DNA of 64,000 nucleotides from Sphyrna mokarran (lineage: Eukaryota). The DNA lies in assembly GCA_024679065.1 (NCBI GenBank), contig JAGIQG010000006.1:85064001-85128000 (forward strand), read 5' to 3'. Every line of letters starts with the position of its first letter. The first letter of the stretch is position 1. The translations under genes and the position numbers were made by a program. Shown one piece after another: positions 25,015 to 37,659 of this stretch. The notes under the pieces are model-generated. The model was not told the DNA's origin. It searched no databases and saw only the letters and a program-made list of their open reading frames with translations.

Positions 25015-28000
25015 AACATAGAACAATACAACACAAACAGGCCCTTCAGCCCACGAGTTGCGCCGATCACATCTACCAATCCACAGACCTATCTATAACC
25101 CCCTATCCTATTCTTTTCCATATACTCATCCAGAAGTCTCTTAAAAGACCCCAGTGAGTTTGCCTCAACAACCTCCGACGGCAGTCGGTTCCATTCACTC
25201 ACCACCCTCTGAGTGAAAAACCTACCCCTGACATCTCCTTTGTATTTGTTTCCCTGCACCTTAAATCTGTGTCCTCTCGTAGTGACCATTTCAGCTCGGG
25301 GAAATAGTCTCTGAGAGTCCACCCTACCTATTCCTCTCAACATTTTATAAACCTCTATCAGGTCGCCTCTCAACCTACGTCTCTCCAGTGAGAAGAGTCC
25401 CAGCTCCCTCAACCTATCTTCATAAGGCCTGCCTCCCAATCCAGGCAGCATCCTTGTAAATCTCCTCTGAACTCTCTCAATAGCCTCTACATCCTTCCTA
25501 TAATGAGGCGACCAGAACTGCGCACAATACTCCAACTGGGGTCTGACAAGAGTCTTATAGAGCTGCATCATTACCTCCTGACTCCTAAACTCTATTCCTC
25601 AATTAATGAAGGCCAGTACACCGTACGCCTTCTTGACCACTTCCTCCACCTGCGAGGCCGATTTAAGAGTCCTATGGACCCGGACCCCGAGATCCTTCTG
25701 CTCTACAACATAGCTAAGACTCCTACCCCTTATATTGTACTCCTTCATCCCATTATTCCTGCCAAAATGGACCACTACACATTTATCTGCGTTGAAGTCC
25801 ATCTGCCACTTCTCCGCCCAGTCTTGCATCCTGTCTATGTCCCGCTGCAACTTTTGGCATCCCTCCAGACCATCCACAACACCACCGATCTTTGTATTGT
25901 CGGTGAACTTGCTAACCCATCCCTCCACTTCCTCATCCAGGTCATTTATGAAAATGACAAACAGCAGGGGTCCCAGAACAGATCCCTGGGGCACTCCACT
26001 GGTTACCGACCTCCATGCAGAACAAGACCCATCCACAACCACTCTCTGCCTTCTGCCGGCAAGCCAGTTCTGGATCCATGAGGCCAAAGCCCCTTGGATC
26101 CCATGCCCTCTCACCTTCTCCAGAAGCCTTGCATGGGGGACCTTATCAAACGCCTTACTAAAGTCCATGTACACTACGTCCACCGCTCTTCCTTCGTCAA
26201 TGTGTTCAGTCACATTTTTGAAGAACTCAACTAGGCTCGTAAGGCATGACCTGCCCTTGACAAAACCATGCTGACTATTTCTAATCAGTCCAAACTTCTC
26301 CAAATGTTCATATATCTTATCCCTCAGAAGCCTCTCCATCAGCTTACCAACCACTGAAGTCAAACTCACCGGTCAGTAATTTCCTGGACTATCCCTGTTC
26401 CCTTTCTTAAAGATAGGAACCACATCCGCAATCCTCCAATCCTCTGGAACCTCTCCCGTTTCCATGGATGACGCAAAGATCATCGCCAGGGGCTCTGCAA
26501 CCACTTCCCTCACCTCCCACAATAACCTGGGGTACATCCCATCCGGTCCCGGCGACTTGTCTATCTTGATAGAATTTAACAGGTCTAACACATCCTCTTT
26601 TCTAACATCCACATACAATCTTTTCCGTATGCCGCAAACCTGCAGTGCAATCTCCCAGTTCACTTTCCACTGTGAATACCGAGGCAAAGTACTCGTTAAG
26701 CACCTCTGCCATTTCTTCCGGATTCACACAGACTTTTCCCCCTTCACCTTTTATAGGCCCTATCCCTTCTCTTCTCATCCTTTCACTTTTCACATAATTG
26801 TAGAAGGCCTTGGGATTCCCCTTAATCTTACCTGCCAAGGCCTTCTCATGACCCCTTCTGGCTCTCCTAATTTCCTTTTTAAGTTCCCTTCTACACACCT
26901 TATACTCCTCTAGATCCCTAACATCCCCTAGTTCTCTGAATCTTTTATATACCATTTTTTTCTTCCTAACTAGGTTCACCACTACCTTCGTGCACCACGG
27001 TTCCCGCGTCCTACCTGAACTTCCTTGACTCCTCGGAACGTTGTCTTGCAGTGCCCTAGACAAACATTCCTTGAAAAACCATCACTTTCCTTCTGTACTC
27101 TTCCCCAAGAATACCTCCTTCCAGTTTATGCGTCCAATTACCTGCCTAATGTTTTCATATTTCCCCTTACTCCAGACATATACCTTCCTAGCCTGCCTGA
27201 TCCTGTCTCTTTCCATCACTATCGTGAAAGAGATAGAATTATGATCTCCATTCCCAAGATGCTCACCTACCATGAGATCCGACACCTGCCCTGGCTCATT
27301 AGCAAGCACCAGGTCAAGTACAGCCTCTCCTCTTGTATGCTTTTCCACGTACTGTGTCAGGAAACCTTCCTGAACACACCTAACAAACTCCACACCATCC
27401 AAACCCCTTACCCTTGGGATATTCCAGTCGATGTTTGGGAAATTGAAATCTTCCATCACGACAACCCTGTTATTTCTACATCTGTCTAGGATCTGTTTCC
27501 CTATCTGCACCTCAAGTTCCCTGCCGCTGTTGGGCAGCCTATAGAATACACCCAGCAAAGTTATCGAGCCTTTGCTGTTCCGCCCACAGAGACTCCGTAG
27601 ACAATCCCTCCCCGTCTTCCACCTTCTCTACAGCCATGACACTATCCCTGATCAACAGTGCCACACCACCTCCTCTTTTGCCCCCAACCCTGTCCCTCCT
27701 GAAGCACCTGAATCCTGGCACCTGAAGTACCCAGTCCTGTCCCTGAGACAACCAAGTCTCTGTAATGGCCACCACATCACACTCCCAAGCAGCAATCCAC
27801 GCCCTAAGCTCATCTACCTTATTTACTACACTCCTGGCATTAAAATAGACACACCTCAGCCCCTCAGTCAGGATATTTCCCTTTTCCACCACCTGCCTAA
27901 CCCCCCTCTCAGAGTGCCTACAGTGCTTCCCTACCTTGGAACTAACCTCCTTATTCACCGTCCCATCGGTATTCCCACCCCCCAGCTTTTCTAGTTTAAA

Positions 28001-28335
28001 GACTCCCCAGTAGCCCTAGCTAGCCTACCTGCCAAGATATTAGTCCCCCTAGGGTTCAAGTGCCACCCGTCCTTACTGTACAGGTCACACCTGCCCCTAA
28101 AGAGGTCCCAATGATCTATGAACCTGAATCCCTGCCCCCTGCTCCAGTCCCTCAGCCATGCATTCATCCTCCACCTCATTTGATTCCTGCTCTCATTCTC
28201 CTGAGGCGCAGGCAGCAATCCTGAAATTACTGCCTTAGCTTTTCTCTTCCGCAGCTTCCTACCCAGTTCTCTATAATCCCTTTTGATGACTGCCTCCCCC
28301 TTCCTGCCGATGTCTGCAGTACCTATATCACCACT
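25015..28335 (-). mobile_element. Relatively young CR1 LINE, 5'-truncated within ORF1, ORF2 frameshifted
   Basis: ORF1 esterase (DHWDLF..DGWHLNPRG), endonuclease (YFNARS, AITETW, DFNFPNIDW, GNGDHN), RT ([23 protein letters not shown] in place of FADD), C-terminus LEYCAQFWSPHY; flanked by GATCATAG at 25007-25014 and 28336-28343. Confidence 0.96.
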
Positions 28336-28600
28336 GATCATAGCTGGTTTTTCATGGATTCGGCTCCACTTACCCGCCCGCTTTCCATAACCCTTCGTTC
28401 TTTACTGTTCAAAAATTTATCTATCTTTGCTTTAAAAACATTCAATGAGATAGCCTTGACTGTTTCACTGAGCAGGGAATTCCACAGATTTACAGCTGTT
28501 TGTGTGAAGGAGTTCCTCCTCAACTCAATCCTAAATTGGCTTTCCTTTACTTTGAGGCTATGCCCACTAGTTCTAGTTAACATTCCTCTCAATGATATTT
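28336..28600 (-). mobile_element. Older CR1 3' fragment (right part)
   Basis: ORF 28338-28733 TSGHSLKVK..FRIELRRNSFTQTAVNLWNSL matches the CR1 ORF2 end. Confidence 0.85.
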
Positions 28601-30112
28601 GTGATGAATTAATGGCAATAATTGTATAATATCGCACTCTCTTTGGTATGTTTTTAACCCAGTTAGAATAGAGAGCATAGAAAAATTTTATATAACCATA
28701 TAATGTGTTTATTCTGAACATTGCAGAAAGCAATTTTACCTCATAGAAAGAAAGTCAATATTTATCAAAATAATAATAATTAAAATGTTAATTTGTTGTA
28801 ATGATTAGATACATCTTCAATAACATGCTCATGGCTTATCAAGTTGCAGGAATTCCCAGGCGTTTACTTAATTGTCCCAAGCACTGTAATAATAGCACCC
28901 TGTTCAGAAGTTTCATTCAAAGCAGCAGGAAATCAGCCTTTTCCATGCACCCGACTGTGGCTATTTCTAGACGTCACATGTTATATTTAAGCACTTGGAT
29001 TTTGATTACACTGTCACTACAATTATCTAACAACAAGGAGTAAAGGTTTGAATGCCAAAAGAATGGATGAATACATTTTCCTTAGCCAGCAAGTGACTAC
29101 AGAAGGAGTATACAGCACAGATTTTTCTGTTCTGAAATATGCTTACAAGTTCCAACGTCAAATAACACATGTATTAATAATCAAATTCACTGTCTTTGGG
29201 CAATGCATTCATTGATATAATTTGATGCATCAAACCCTCTTCAGTTGCTACCACTTACATCTTGTGTTCTTGCCAAAAGCTGGGCTGATAAATTCAGGGA
29301 TCTGACTTGCATCAGGATTATCTTCTCATGATTTTGAGGCAGAAAACAAGTTACATTCTACTTTTTGACGAAGAAGAGTAAATAAGAGGTCTTTAATCGG
29401 TGTGCTAGAGCACACTGGTGCACCATGAGAAGAGTGCAAGGGTGCTGTGGCTATAGGGCACATTTTGTATCTTTGTAGAAGTAGTAGAAGGTGGGGGGGA
29501 GGGAGAGGCTGCAAAGAGACACTTGTGTTACATTGTGGAATCAGTGACATTCAGACACACACGCACACGCTAAATGATCCACATCTCAACATGTCAGAGA
29601 GCCAGGGATGGAGTCTTCAAACTGATCATTCAGGAGAAATCTGGCAAGAAACCTACAGGAACTCAATTCTAAAACTTTCTCCAGTGAGTGTGGACAGTCC
29701 CCACTCTGGTTCTGTGTGTGTGTGTGTGCTCCTTCTGTCCCAAAAGGCTGACATGAGCTTGGATCTGCTTCTTTTCCCTGATATTTAATCTTCTCCCTGA
29801 CAAGGGGAAATGGGGAGAATGGGCTTTATTATTCAAGCTCTGACCTGCATTTCATCACTCTAGCCATACACAGCAGTAGATAAGTGAAAAACAGACTCAT
29901 TACCTGAGGCCCTTCACTTCAGGGAACATGGTTGTGCCGTTCTGTACCCATTGCATGCCAGCTACACTGGGGGCTTCCTTTCAGGGCATCCCAGGGTTAG
30001 AAGCTGTTCCTCATTCCCTCCAACAGTGATCTCACTAACTCCAGTTGGCAAGGTTGAGACGGAGATGCATAGTAAGCTGGAGTCTTGGACGCCCCATATT
30101 TCCAGATTTTTA

Positions 30113-30800
30113 ATTGATTTGATTTGATTTATTATTGTCACATGTATTAACATAGAGTGAGAAGTATTGTTACTTGTGCGCTGTACAGACAAACATATTG
30201 TTCAAAGAGAAGGGAAAGAGAGAGTACAGAATTTAGTGTTACAGCCATAGCTGGAGTGTAGAGAAAGATCATCTTAATGCAAGATAAGTCCATTCAAAAG
30301 TCTGAGAGCAGCAGGGAAGAAACTGCTCTTGAATCAGTTGGTACATGACCTCAGACTTTTGTACCTTTTTCCTGAAGGAAGAAAGTGGAACAGAGAATGT
30401 CTGGGATGCAGGAAGTCTTTAATTATGCTGGCTGCTTTGCTGAGGTAGTGGGAAGTGTAGACAGAGTCAATGGTTGGGAAGCTGGTTTGCATGATGGATT
30501 GGGCTGCATTCATGATTTTTGTAGTTTCTTGCGGTCTTGGGCAGAGCAGGAGCCATACCAAGCTGTGAAACAACCAGAAACAACACTTTCTATGGTGCAT
30601 CTGTAAACGTTGGTGAGACTCATAGCTGACATGCCAAATTTCCTTTTCTGAGAAACTAGAGGCATTGGTGGGTTTTTTAAACTATACTGTTGGCATGGGG
30701 GGAATTAGGACAGGCTGTTGGTGATCTGAGCACCTAAAAACTTGAAACTCTCAACCCTTTCTACTTTGTCCCCATTGATGTAGACAGTGACATGTTCTCC
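30113..30800 (-). mobile_element. Rex1/Babar-like LINE 3' fragment
   Basis: (atttg)n tail; KAASIIKDFLHPRHSLFHFLPSGKRYKS motif; homologous to 14165-15324. Confidence 0.8.
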
Positions 30801-31044
30801 TTTATACCTATCCAAGATCCAAGGCAATGGAGAACAGCATTAAGCAAATTGTCTCCACCTCAGCTGCTGATATTGGGTTTGTGCCTTGATGGACTGACAA
30901 GGAAGGGAAAATTACAACATTATGAAAATAAAGATTGGGCAATGGTGTTTCCTAAAAATATGTATCACTTTTGGGGACTCACTTAGTCAGCGACCAAAAT
31001 GTTTTTTTTGTGTGAATATAATGTGGGCAGAACATGCTGGGCAA

Positions 31045-31118
31045 GCATTTATTGCCCATCCTTAATTGCCCTTAAACTGTGGACCTGGAGTCACAGATAG
31101 GCTGGACCAGGTAAACGC
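31045..31118 (-). mobile_element. SINE family 2, left part (split by the Penelope insertion)
   Basis: gcatttattgcccatccttaattgccctt tail then ctggagtcac..gaccaggtaa; resumes at 32651. Confidence 0.7.
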
Positions 31119-32650
31119 AATAAGAAGTCTCACAACATCAGGTTAAAGTCCAACAGGTTTATTTGGTCGCATGAACCACTAGCTTTCGGAGTGCTGTCCC
31201 TTCATCAGGTAAGTGGGAGTTCTGTTCTCAAATAGAGCATATAAAGACGCAAACTCAATTTAGAAAATAATGGCTGGAATGCGAATCTTTACAGGTAATT
31301 AAATCTTAAAGGTACAGACAATGTGAGTGGAGAGAGGGTTAAGCATAGGTTAAAAAGATGTATATTGTCTCCAGCCAGGACAATTAGTGAGATTTTGCAA
31401 ACCCAGGCAAGTCATGAGGATTACAGATAGTGTGACATGAACTCAAGATCCCAGTTGAGACTGTCCACATCTGTGCGGAACTTGGCTATCAGTCTCTGCT
31501 CAGTCACTCTATGTTGTTGAGTGTCAAGAAGGCCAACTTGCAGAACGCTTACCCAAAGACCAGAGGCCAAATGCCTATGACGCTGACCATTCCCCAACGG
31601 AAGAAAACACTCTTGCCTGATGATTGTCAAGCGGTGTTCATTCATCTGTTATCATAGCATCTGCATGGTCTCCCCAATGTACCAAGCTTCAGGACATCCT
31701 TTCCTGCAGCGCATCAGGTAGACAACGTTGGCCGAGTTTCAAGTGTATGTACAGTGTATGTGCTGGATGGTATTCTCACATGAGATGATGCCATCCGTGT
31801 CAATGATCTGGCTCATCTTGCTGAGGCTGCTGTGGCAGGGATGTGTGGTGTCATGTTTATTGTTCTCCTGAAGACTGGGTAGTTTGCTGCGGACAATGGT
31901 CTATTTGAGGTTGTGTGGTTATTTGAAGACAAGAAGTAGGGGTATGGGGAAGGTATTGACGAGAAGGTATTCATCTTCATTGATGACATTGTTGAACACT
32001 CTGGAGAAGACATCATAGCTTCTCTACTTCGGGGAAGTACTGGACAACAAAGGGTACTCTGTCCGTTGTGTCCCGTATTTGCCTTCTGAGGAGGTCAGTG
32101 CGGATTTTCACTGTGGTGCATTGAAACTGTCGATCAATGAATTGAGTTCCATATCCTGCTCTTATGAGGGCATCTTTCAATGTCTGGAAGTGTCTGTTGT
32201 GATCCTCCTCATCTGAGCAGATCCTGTGTACCCGTAGGGGATGGCTTCTTTAACATGTTTAGAATGGAAGCTGAAGAAGTGGATCATCTTGAGGTTATCC
32301 ATTGGGCTTGCGGTACAGTGAAGTGCTAGATGACCATCCTTGATGGAACTACATGTGTCCAAGAATGCAACTGATTCTGGAGAATAGTGCATGGTGAGTC
32401 TGATGGTAGGATGGAACTTGTTGATATCACCATATAGTTGTTTCAGTGGTTGTTCACCATGAGTCCAAAGGAAGAAAATGTCATCGATGTAGCATCGGTT
32501 GAATGTCCTGTGCAGTGAAGAGGTTTTGTTGGGAGCAGCACTCTGAAAGCTAGTAGCTTGTGCTACCAAATAAACCTGTTGGACTTTAACCTGGTTTTGT
32601 GAGACTTCTTACTGTGTTTACTCCAGTCCAATGCCAGCATCTCCACATCC
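31119..32650 (-). mobile_element. Penelope-like element (RT plus GIY-YIG endonuclease remnants) with inverted terminal arms
   Basis: RT YIDDIFFLW..FHPTIRLT..VAFLD (ORF 32177-32569); GIY-YIG SANVVYLMRCRKGCPEAWYIGETMQ (~31662-31736, antisense) and EQRLIAKFRT..LN.D; the arms at 31119-31195 and ~32538-32612 are reverse complements. Confidence 0.92.
31176..31212 (-). ncRNA. Minimal type I hammerhead ribozyme motif in the PLE terminus
   Basis: The minus strand reads UUAC CUGAUGA A GGGA CAGCAC UCC GAAA GCUA GUGG: intact core boxes, short stem II, palindromic AGCU stem III and stem I UUAC/GUGG. Activity is not shown. Confidence 0.75.
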
Positions 32651-32847
32651 AGATTTTCTTTCCTTAAGGAACATTAGTAAGCCAAATGGATTTTTACAAC
32701 AATTGTTTCATGGTCATCACTGAATTTTTAATTCCAGCTTTCAATTAAATTTAAATGTCCTCATTTGCCACAGTGGGATTTGAACTTAGGTATCCAGAGC
32801 ATTACCCAGGATCTCTGAATTACAATTCAGTGACAATACCAATATGC
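32651..32847 (-). mobile_element. SINE family 2, right part
   Basis: cagattttctttccttaaggaacattagtaagccaaatgg..gtgggatttgaac (antisense B box) continues the copy at 31045-31118. Confidence 0.75.
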
Positions 32848-33351
32848 ATAGTAAGAAATCCCACAACACCAGGTTATGCACAGAGGTATATATTTAGCAT
32901 ATTTCATTGATAATTACAGAAGAGAATGGGACATTGCATTTTTCGAGAAAGATGTTTTGTGCTTGCAAATTTTATTGAATATTCATCTTTTGTACTCACC
33001 AGTCTTTGGGACATGAGTATAAAAGCTAGGTCTCCCTTTTATCTGCTTTTATTGTAAAGACGGTTTGTCTTAGGTGATCCTCAACTTGATAATTTTAATG
33101 CTGTAGGTTCACTCAAAGCAACGTAAAGATAGCAAAGGGTCACATTCATTGATCATTGCAGGCTGATATAAGCATTTCTAAGTGCTGCACAGATGTCCTC
33201 TGGATCAGTAATCACTACTGAGTGTGTACCACAAAGCTTCATACCCTAGGCTGCTCCAGCTGGTAGACTACACAGATTTAGAAATTGCTCTACAAATGAG
33301 TTGAAATAAAAAAAAATCCACATTAGTATCAGGGAGCTGAGATCTCACTAT

Positions 33352-33613
33352 GGCTAGGATTTTCTGCCCTCTCCCCGTAGTGGGATTTCCCCACATCTGG
33401 TATAACAAGCTATGGCTACCAGTGAGATCTTCGACTGAAACCTTCCAGTTTTTGAATATTTTGCCTGTCTCCAGAATCGGTTGCATTCTTGGTCATAAGC
33501 ATCTCCATCAAGAATGGTCACCTCAGCACTTCACTGTACCACCACTGGGAAATCTGCTATGAGGATCAGAAGCAGAAGATCCTGCCCGCGGAATGGGCCT
33601 AAAAATCCCAGCC
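33352..33613. mobile_element. MITE-like element
   Basis: The termini ggctaggattttct and aaaaatcccagcc are near reverse complements. Confidence 0.55.
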
Positions 33614-34456
33614 TTTATTTTTATAAATTCACATGATTTTTAAATCTGAACAATAGCTTTAAAATGGCTGAATCCATGGCTGACTATGACTCACACAAAA
33701 AGTATTTCTATCATTCAGAATAGCAGCAACCTTGTTATATCTAAAGAGGTACTAATGCTCCTTGTGACTATAGCAATCAAATCCCATGGAATTGTATGCA
33801 AAGACCCTTTACATTTTAAAGGCAGGCCCTGATCAAAAGAGACCACCAGTCTGCAAGGACAAGAGGAGCCTGAAACCTCTGTTGAACATGAACATGTGAA
33901 ACATCAACCACCTCAAGAATCCTAACAAGAAAAATGTATCCTTTATACCAAACGAACGTGAAGAAGTGAAATTCATGCCACATAACAACCCTCTCTCTGC
34001 TAGAACCTGTAATATTGTCCTGTGGAGCTGAAAAAGGTTCAGACTGCCATCTTCCAACAAACAACAGCAGAAAGAAAGGCTGTTCCGATCTAAATTGCTT
34101 GGCCTCCCTCGATACTGTTTCTATTGGAACTTTTGTATCAGCACTTACAAGATCCATCTCCATATGCATCTCCCATCATGGGAGTCACCTCTCCTGGAAA
34201 AGCGGATTATCCAACATTGCTTCAGCCTGCTGACCCTGGAAGACTATACTGTTGGACTTGGATTCTGTACTCCCGACAGAGGTGAAGCAATAATTCTTCT
34301 TTTGTACGTGGTCTTTGCTCTGTATCTCTTCCTTTCCCTTTTTCCTCTCTTATTGTGGGTATGTACAAGGAGCTACGTGGCAACAATCTCTTCTGCATTT
34401 TGAGTGTGAATAAAATAAAATAACCCTTTTAGTTTATCCCAGCGGTCTCCAAATTC

Positions 34457-35270
34457 AAAGAACAAAGAATAATACAGCACGGGAAACAGGCTCAACGAGC
34501 CTGCACCGCCATTTTAACATTATGAGTGCTCTCCTCTACCTAACTTTGTCTATGCCTATTGGGGAAAATTGAGGGAAGACTAATTTAGGGACAATTTGTT
34601 ACACCAATCAGCCTAAGAGCACATTTTTGGGGTGTGAGAGGAAACTGGAGCATCCAGAGAAAGCCCATACAATCATGGGGAGAATGTGCAAACTCCCGCA
34701 GACACCGGCCCAAATCCATGTATCTGCACAGCAAACAGTGATAATCACTGAGCTGTCATGTTGCCCATCAGATGGTCCAGTTTAAACATACACTAACGAC
34801 GTGAAGCACTAGGCAACTCTCGAAGCAACATGCAAGAGCAGCCCTCACACGACCCACCATGGGTATGCTCCTTGTTGGTCAACAAGGCGGACTGAGGTAA
34901 AAGAAAAGACATCAATAAACATGCACAACTTAGACAGACAGTTACAGGATCCCCAGAAGCACAGAAATAAACCAAGTGAGCTATGCAATATGTTGGAAGG
35001 TCCATAGGAATCAATTGATTTCCAAGGATGTCCCAAGGCTCTTGATCTTTATTTAGAAAAGTCTCCTGTATCCCTCCATCTGTAGTCTGCTCATGTGCCT
35101 ATTTAAGTAAACCTTAAACAACTCTAGCATGCCTGCCTCCACCATCCTACTTGGCAGTGCATTCCAGGCCTCCACCACCCTCTTTGTGAAAAACTTCCCT
35201 CTAACATCCAAATTATACCTTGCGCACCCCCCCCAACCCTCAGCCAGTGGCCCCTCGTAATTGTTGTATC
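34457..35270 (-). mobile_element. CR1 3' region containing an embedded V-SINE core and a unique segment
   Basis: CR1 tail 34457-34510; V core ~34600-34705; extension shared with the 19113 copy up to 34873; CR1 ORF2-end sequence (gcctccaccatcc..ggcagtgcattccagg..gtgaaaaac) ~35060-35270. Confidence 0.7.
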
Positions 35271-37529
35271 CAGCCTATTTATCTTATCTCGAATTTGCTA
35301 CCAGGTTATGAATGGAAGATTGGGTAACCCCAAAATCGAGGGCTGAGAAAATACCTCACTGCATATAAAGGGAGAAATCAAAAATCAAAAATACTTTTCT
35401 GTTCATGAACGGATAGTGAGAGGTGAAATCAGGACTGTTGGAATTAAAGCCCCTCCTGTCCGTAACCTGAGTAAAAATAATTATCTTGCTGTCAAATTCA
35501 AATGTTTGTCTTGGATGATAGATTATTATTGCTTGCAATTATTAAATATGTTATTTTGATTTTACACCATAACATTTAATGTAATCACAGTTATTATAAA
35601 AACAATTTTTGCATTGTTCCCATACTATTTAATATTATTTCAAGTCATCAGGACTCAGAACTACATTCAGAATGAAGACCTTTCTCCAAATAATAATGCT
35701 CACTTTATATTGTTAAGTATGTGCGATGCTGGAAAAGAAGCAAAGCAAAATTTATTTTAAAGGCACACACAAATCTTCAATCTTTATTACTTTCTTACAT
35801 ATTCTCCCTTCATTTAAATCTTGTCATCCAAAAGTAACAGAACTAGCCCAAAAGGTTTGCCAATTAGGATATGGATGTATGAGCTGAGCTCACAGTTTAC
35901 TTAACTTTTTTCTCTAATAAATGGTTTGGATGAGAATTCAGTACATAATGCAGACTTTTGTACAAACTCGGACCCAAAGGACTGAAATAATTTTGAATCG
36001 GTGCAATGCCCTTGGTCTGGATCCAATAAGGTGTTAAATCAAATTGAAATGAACACATGCAAAAAAGTTACATATTTTAAAGCTGCTTTTAAGATTGATT
36101 CAATGATATTGGACCATCAGAGGTCCATCTCAGTGGTTACATTTTTGAACTGCAGCAATGTCTGATATTTTAAGCCCCTTTGAGATTAATTGTCAGGTCG
36201 CAACTTGTTTTTCTTCACTGCTTATCTCTTGCTGTAGAATTGACTTATTGATGCTGAATTAGCCAGTAAACGGTGCTGGAAAGATCACAGCATGTGTGAA
36301 CAAAAAGGGAGAACAAGTTTAGCTGCAGATAAGCAGCCTCTTCTTGTCAGTTACCCTAGATTAAATCCTGGATTTTCCTCTTTTTTTCATGCTGGTGAAT
36401 CTATGCTGTACACTTTCATGGCTTTCTTGACTTCTTAATGAGTTTCATACAACAATATGCAGTACTCTAACTGTGGTCCAGTGCGGAACACATTTATCTT
36501 AGCTATTATATTCGATCCCTCCATCAAATCTAAAATTCCAATAGCCTTTATTGCTGTTTTATTTAACTGCAGTCATACTCTCAAGCAGGTCACTTCCAAA
36601 CAGGCTGGGAGCCATGACTGCCCTGCAGGCAATCTGCTTCTAATGAATTAGTAAGTGCTTTGTGGCAGGTTGTAAGAGGAACCAGAAAACTGCAGCAAAA
36701 ACTGTTCTCTATGTTTCTTTTCCTGGCGCTATATTCAAGTGTTTTTTGTTCAATTAAACTACTATGCAACCAGACATTAAAAGAAAACTGGAAATCTGAA
36801 ATAACAGCAAATACAGGAAATACCATCTTAATCACCATCGGAAAAGGGAAAAGACAGGTCAATGTTTCAAATACATACCCTTCAGACAAAGGAGCCTTCT
36901 GAATAAGGACTATTCAAGTTATTATAAATATGATAACAACTGTGTTAAAATAGCATGCAAAGGAATTTTACACACAATCACTGTAATATGTTCACTATAA
37001 GTCCCACTGGCAGTAATCTAACTCCATGGTGCCTGATTTTGATGTATGGTATTTTTGTATTGCAAGATGAATCATTTAGCAAAATATTTGCCTGAATTTT
37101 GCATCGAGTGACAGAATTCACCTCACATACAGCGGTCCATAGTGTTTTTGGACTTTTTAGTGGAGACTTGCTATAGTCTGGCATATAATTCAGTATGGCT
37201 CTCTCTGAAGGAGATCTTCAACATCTTTGAACAGGAAAGTAATAGTGAGGATCTTCAAAGAATCAGGTTGAAGAATCCTCACAGAAGCAAAGGCAAGCAA
37301 AATTCAATAACGCCTATGAATGGGCACGGGATTGCAATATGCAATTAACCCACAATTATTTAATGTGTGTAGTGCATCAGCTTTGTGTTCCCTGCTGATT
37401 AACATAACTGCACAATGCAGCCAGCATTGACTGTGCTGTCACACAGCTGCACATCTCGGTAGGACCCCAAGTCAACTGGACTTCACAGGTAGTTGAGAAA
37501 TACCATTCTTCAGGTCCATGATTAACTAT

Positions 37530-37659
37530 GGGCAGAATCTTACCGGACATTCACACCACACTCATGCTGCAACAAAGTCAGAGAATTTAGCTTCCAGGCA
37601 AATCTCTATTCACTGCATGGGAAAATCGCACTGGCATGAACGGCTATAACATTCCGGCC
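37530..37659. mobile_element. Short MITE-like element
   Basis: gggcagaatcttacc ... ataacattccggcc imperfect inverted termini. Confidence 0.45.

Noticed and set aside
25503-27994. Long plus-strand ORFs (140-192 aa) overlapping the CR1
   Set aside because: They are antisense shadows of the minus-strand CR1 ORF2 and have no independent protein signature.
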